64,000 bases of DNA from Podarcis bocagei (taxonomy: Eukaryota). The stretch is from the NCBI GenBank assembly GCA_964188305.1, contig OZ076893.1. The stretch is one strand, 5' to 3'. A program made the position numbers and the translations under genes. Shown here piece after piece: positions 63,352-64,000 of the stretch. Numbering within the stretch: the stretch's first letter is position 1; each line of letters starts with the position of its first letter. The notes beneath the pieces were generated by a model, which was given only the letters and a program-made list of their open reading frames with translations, ran no database searches and had not been told where the DNA came from.

Positions 63352-64000
63352 ATCGAGTGATGTCTTTGTTGAATTTTGGAAAGGTGTGCACAATTTTGAT
63401 ATCGATACTAGCACCTGCTTTTCTAATTTGGTCATTTATACTCTTCACACATATATTTTTATATATTTGTGATTTGTAATCATTAATATTGTTTAAGGAT
63501 GAATAAACTAAAGCAAAGAAACCCTGAAACTTTCTCTCTTTTCAGCACAAAGTGGCATGTCCTATTATTTCTTCCCCCTTCTACCTGTTGTACCTACTTT
63601 TTTCCATCTCTTGCCACTTTACAGACCCAGCTTTTTCCTTTCCTTTTTATTTCCACAGATAAGAAGCCTTTCATGTTCATCATTCCATTTTATTTCTCTC
63701 CTAAACCACTGGACCCCACTCTCTCTTATTTCCCACCAACAATCTAATCTTGGGTTCCCTGTTTCTAAATTTGTGTCCTGCAAATTTGTTGGAACCCTAG
63801 TATGAAAAACTCAGCACATTTCATTAAAGAACTGAATTTTTAAGTCTTGGATTTAGAAACTCAGGCCATCTAAAAATATCTATTTTCATCCAAATGAAAC
63901 AAAATTGCAATTCAGTAGCACCAATCTATTAAAAATGCTTGTGTACTTCTATTTTTCTAAGAATATATATTCAGTATAGTTACATACTTGAGGATTAGTC

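Noticed and set aside
62911-63435. Poly-Lys/Arg and poly-Phe ORFs
   Set aside because: Translation of an (AAG)n tail and the SINE body.
48680-64000. Search for the upstream MMP16 hinge exon (…CDGNFNTLAILRREMFVFK) or another gene
   Set aside because: No matching exon was seen. The region looks intronic and its ORFs are short, non-homologous or TE-derived.

Overview
Vertebrate genomic DNA, most likely from a lacertid lizard (inferred from Sauria/Squam1-type SINEs, BovB, CR1 and L2 repeats). The only host gene is the 3' part of MMP16 (MT3-MMP) on the minus strand. Its last four coding exons lie at 48541-48679, 38061-38211, 29532-29647 and 22091 down to about 21757. They have canonical GT-AG junctions with matching phases and encode the hemopexin domain, stalk and transmembrane helix. 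A 154-N gap (21697-21850) hides the end of the TM helix, the cytoplasmic tail and the stop codon. The preceding exon was not found, so that intron is longer than 15 kb. A very long (~12.4 kb), TE-poor 3' UTR is inferred, ending at a well-formed poly(A) site near 9360-9387 with clustered miR-29 seed matches. The introns and downstream flank carry many transposons, several with visible TSDs and nesting. Nearly all other ORFs in the track are spurious. I find no convincing new multi-gene system. The best leads are: (i) two diverged LTR-like elements that keep a G-quadruplex at the same position, one copy matching the MYC Pu22 G4 core; (ii) a bipartite, internally deleted BovB inserted as a unit; (iii) a solo LTR carrying an open acidic/Arg-rich frame; (iv) Tc2-type MITEs with different hairpin cores; (v) a decayed Penelope hammerhead ribozyme. 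Repeat family names come from recalled consensus sequences, not database searches.
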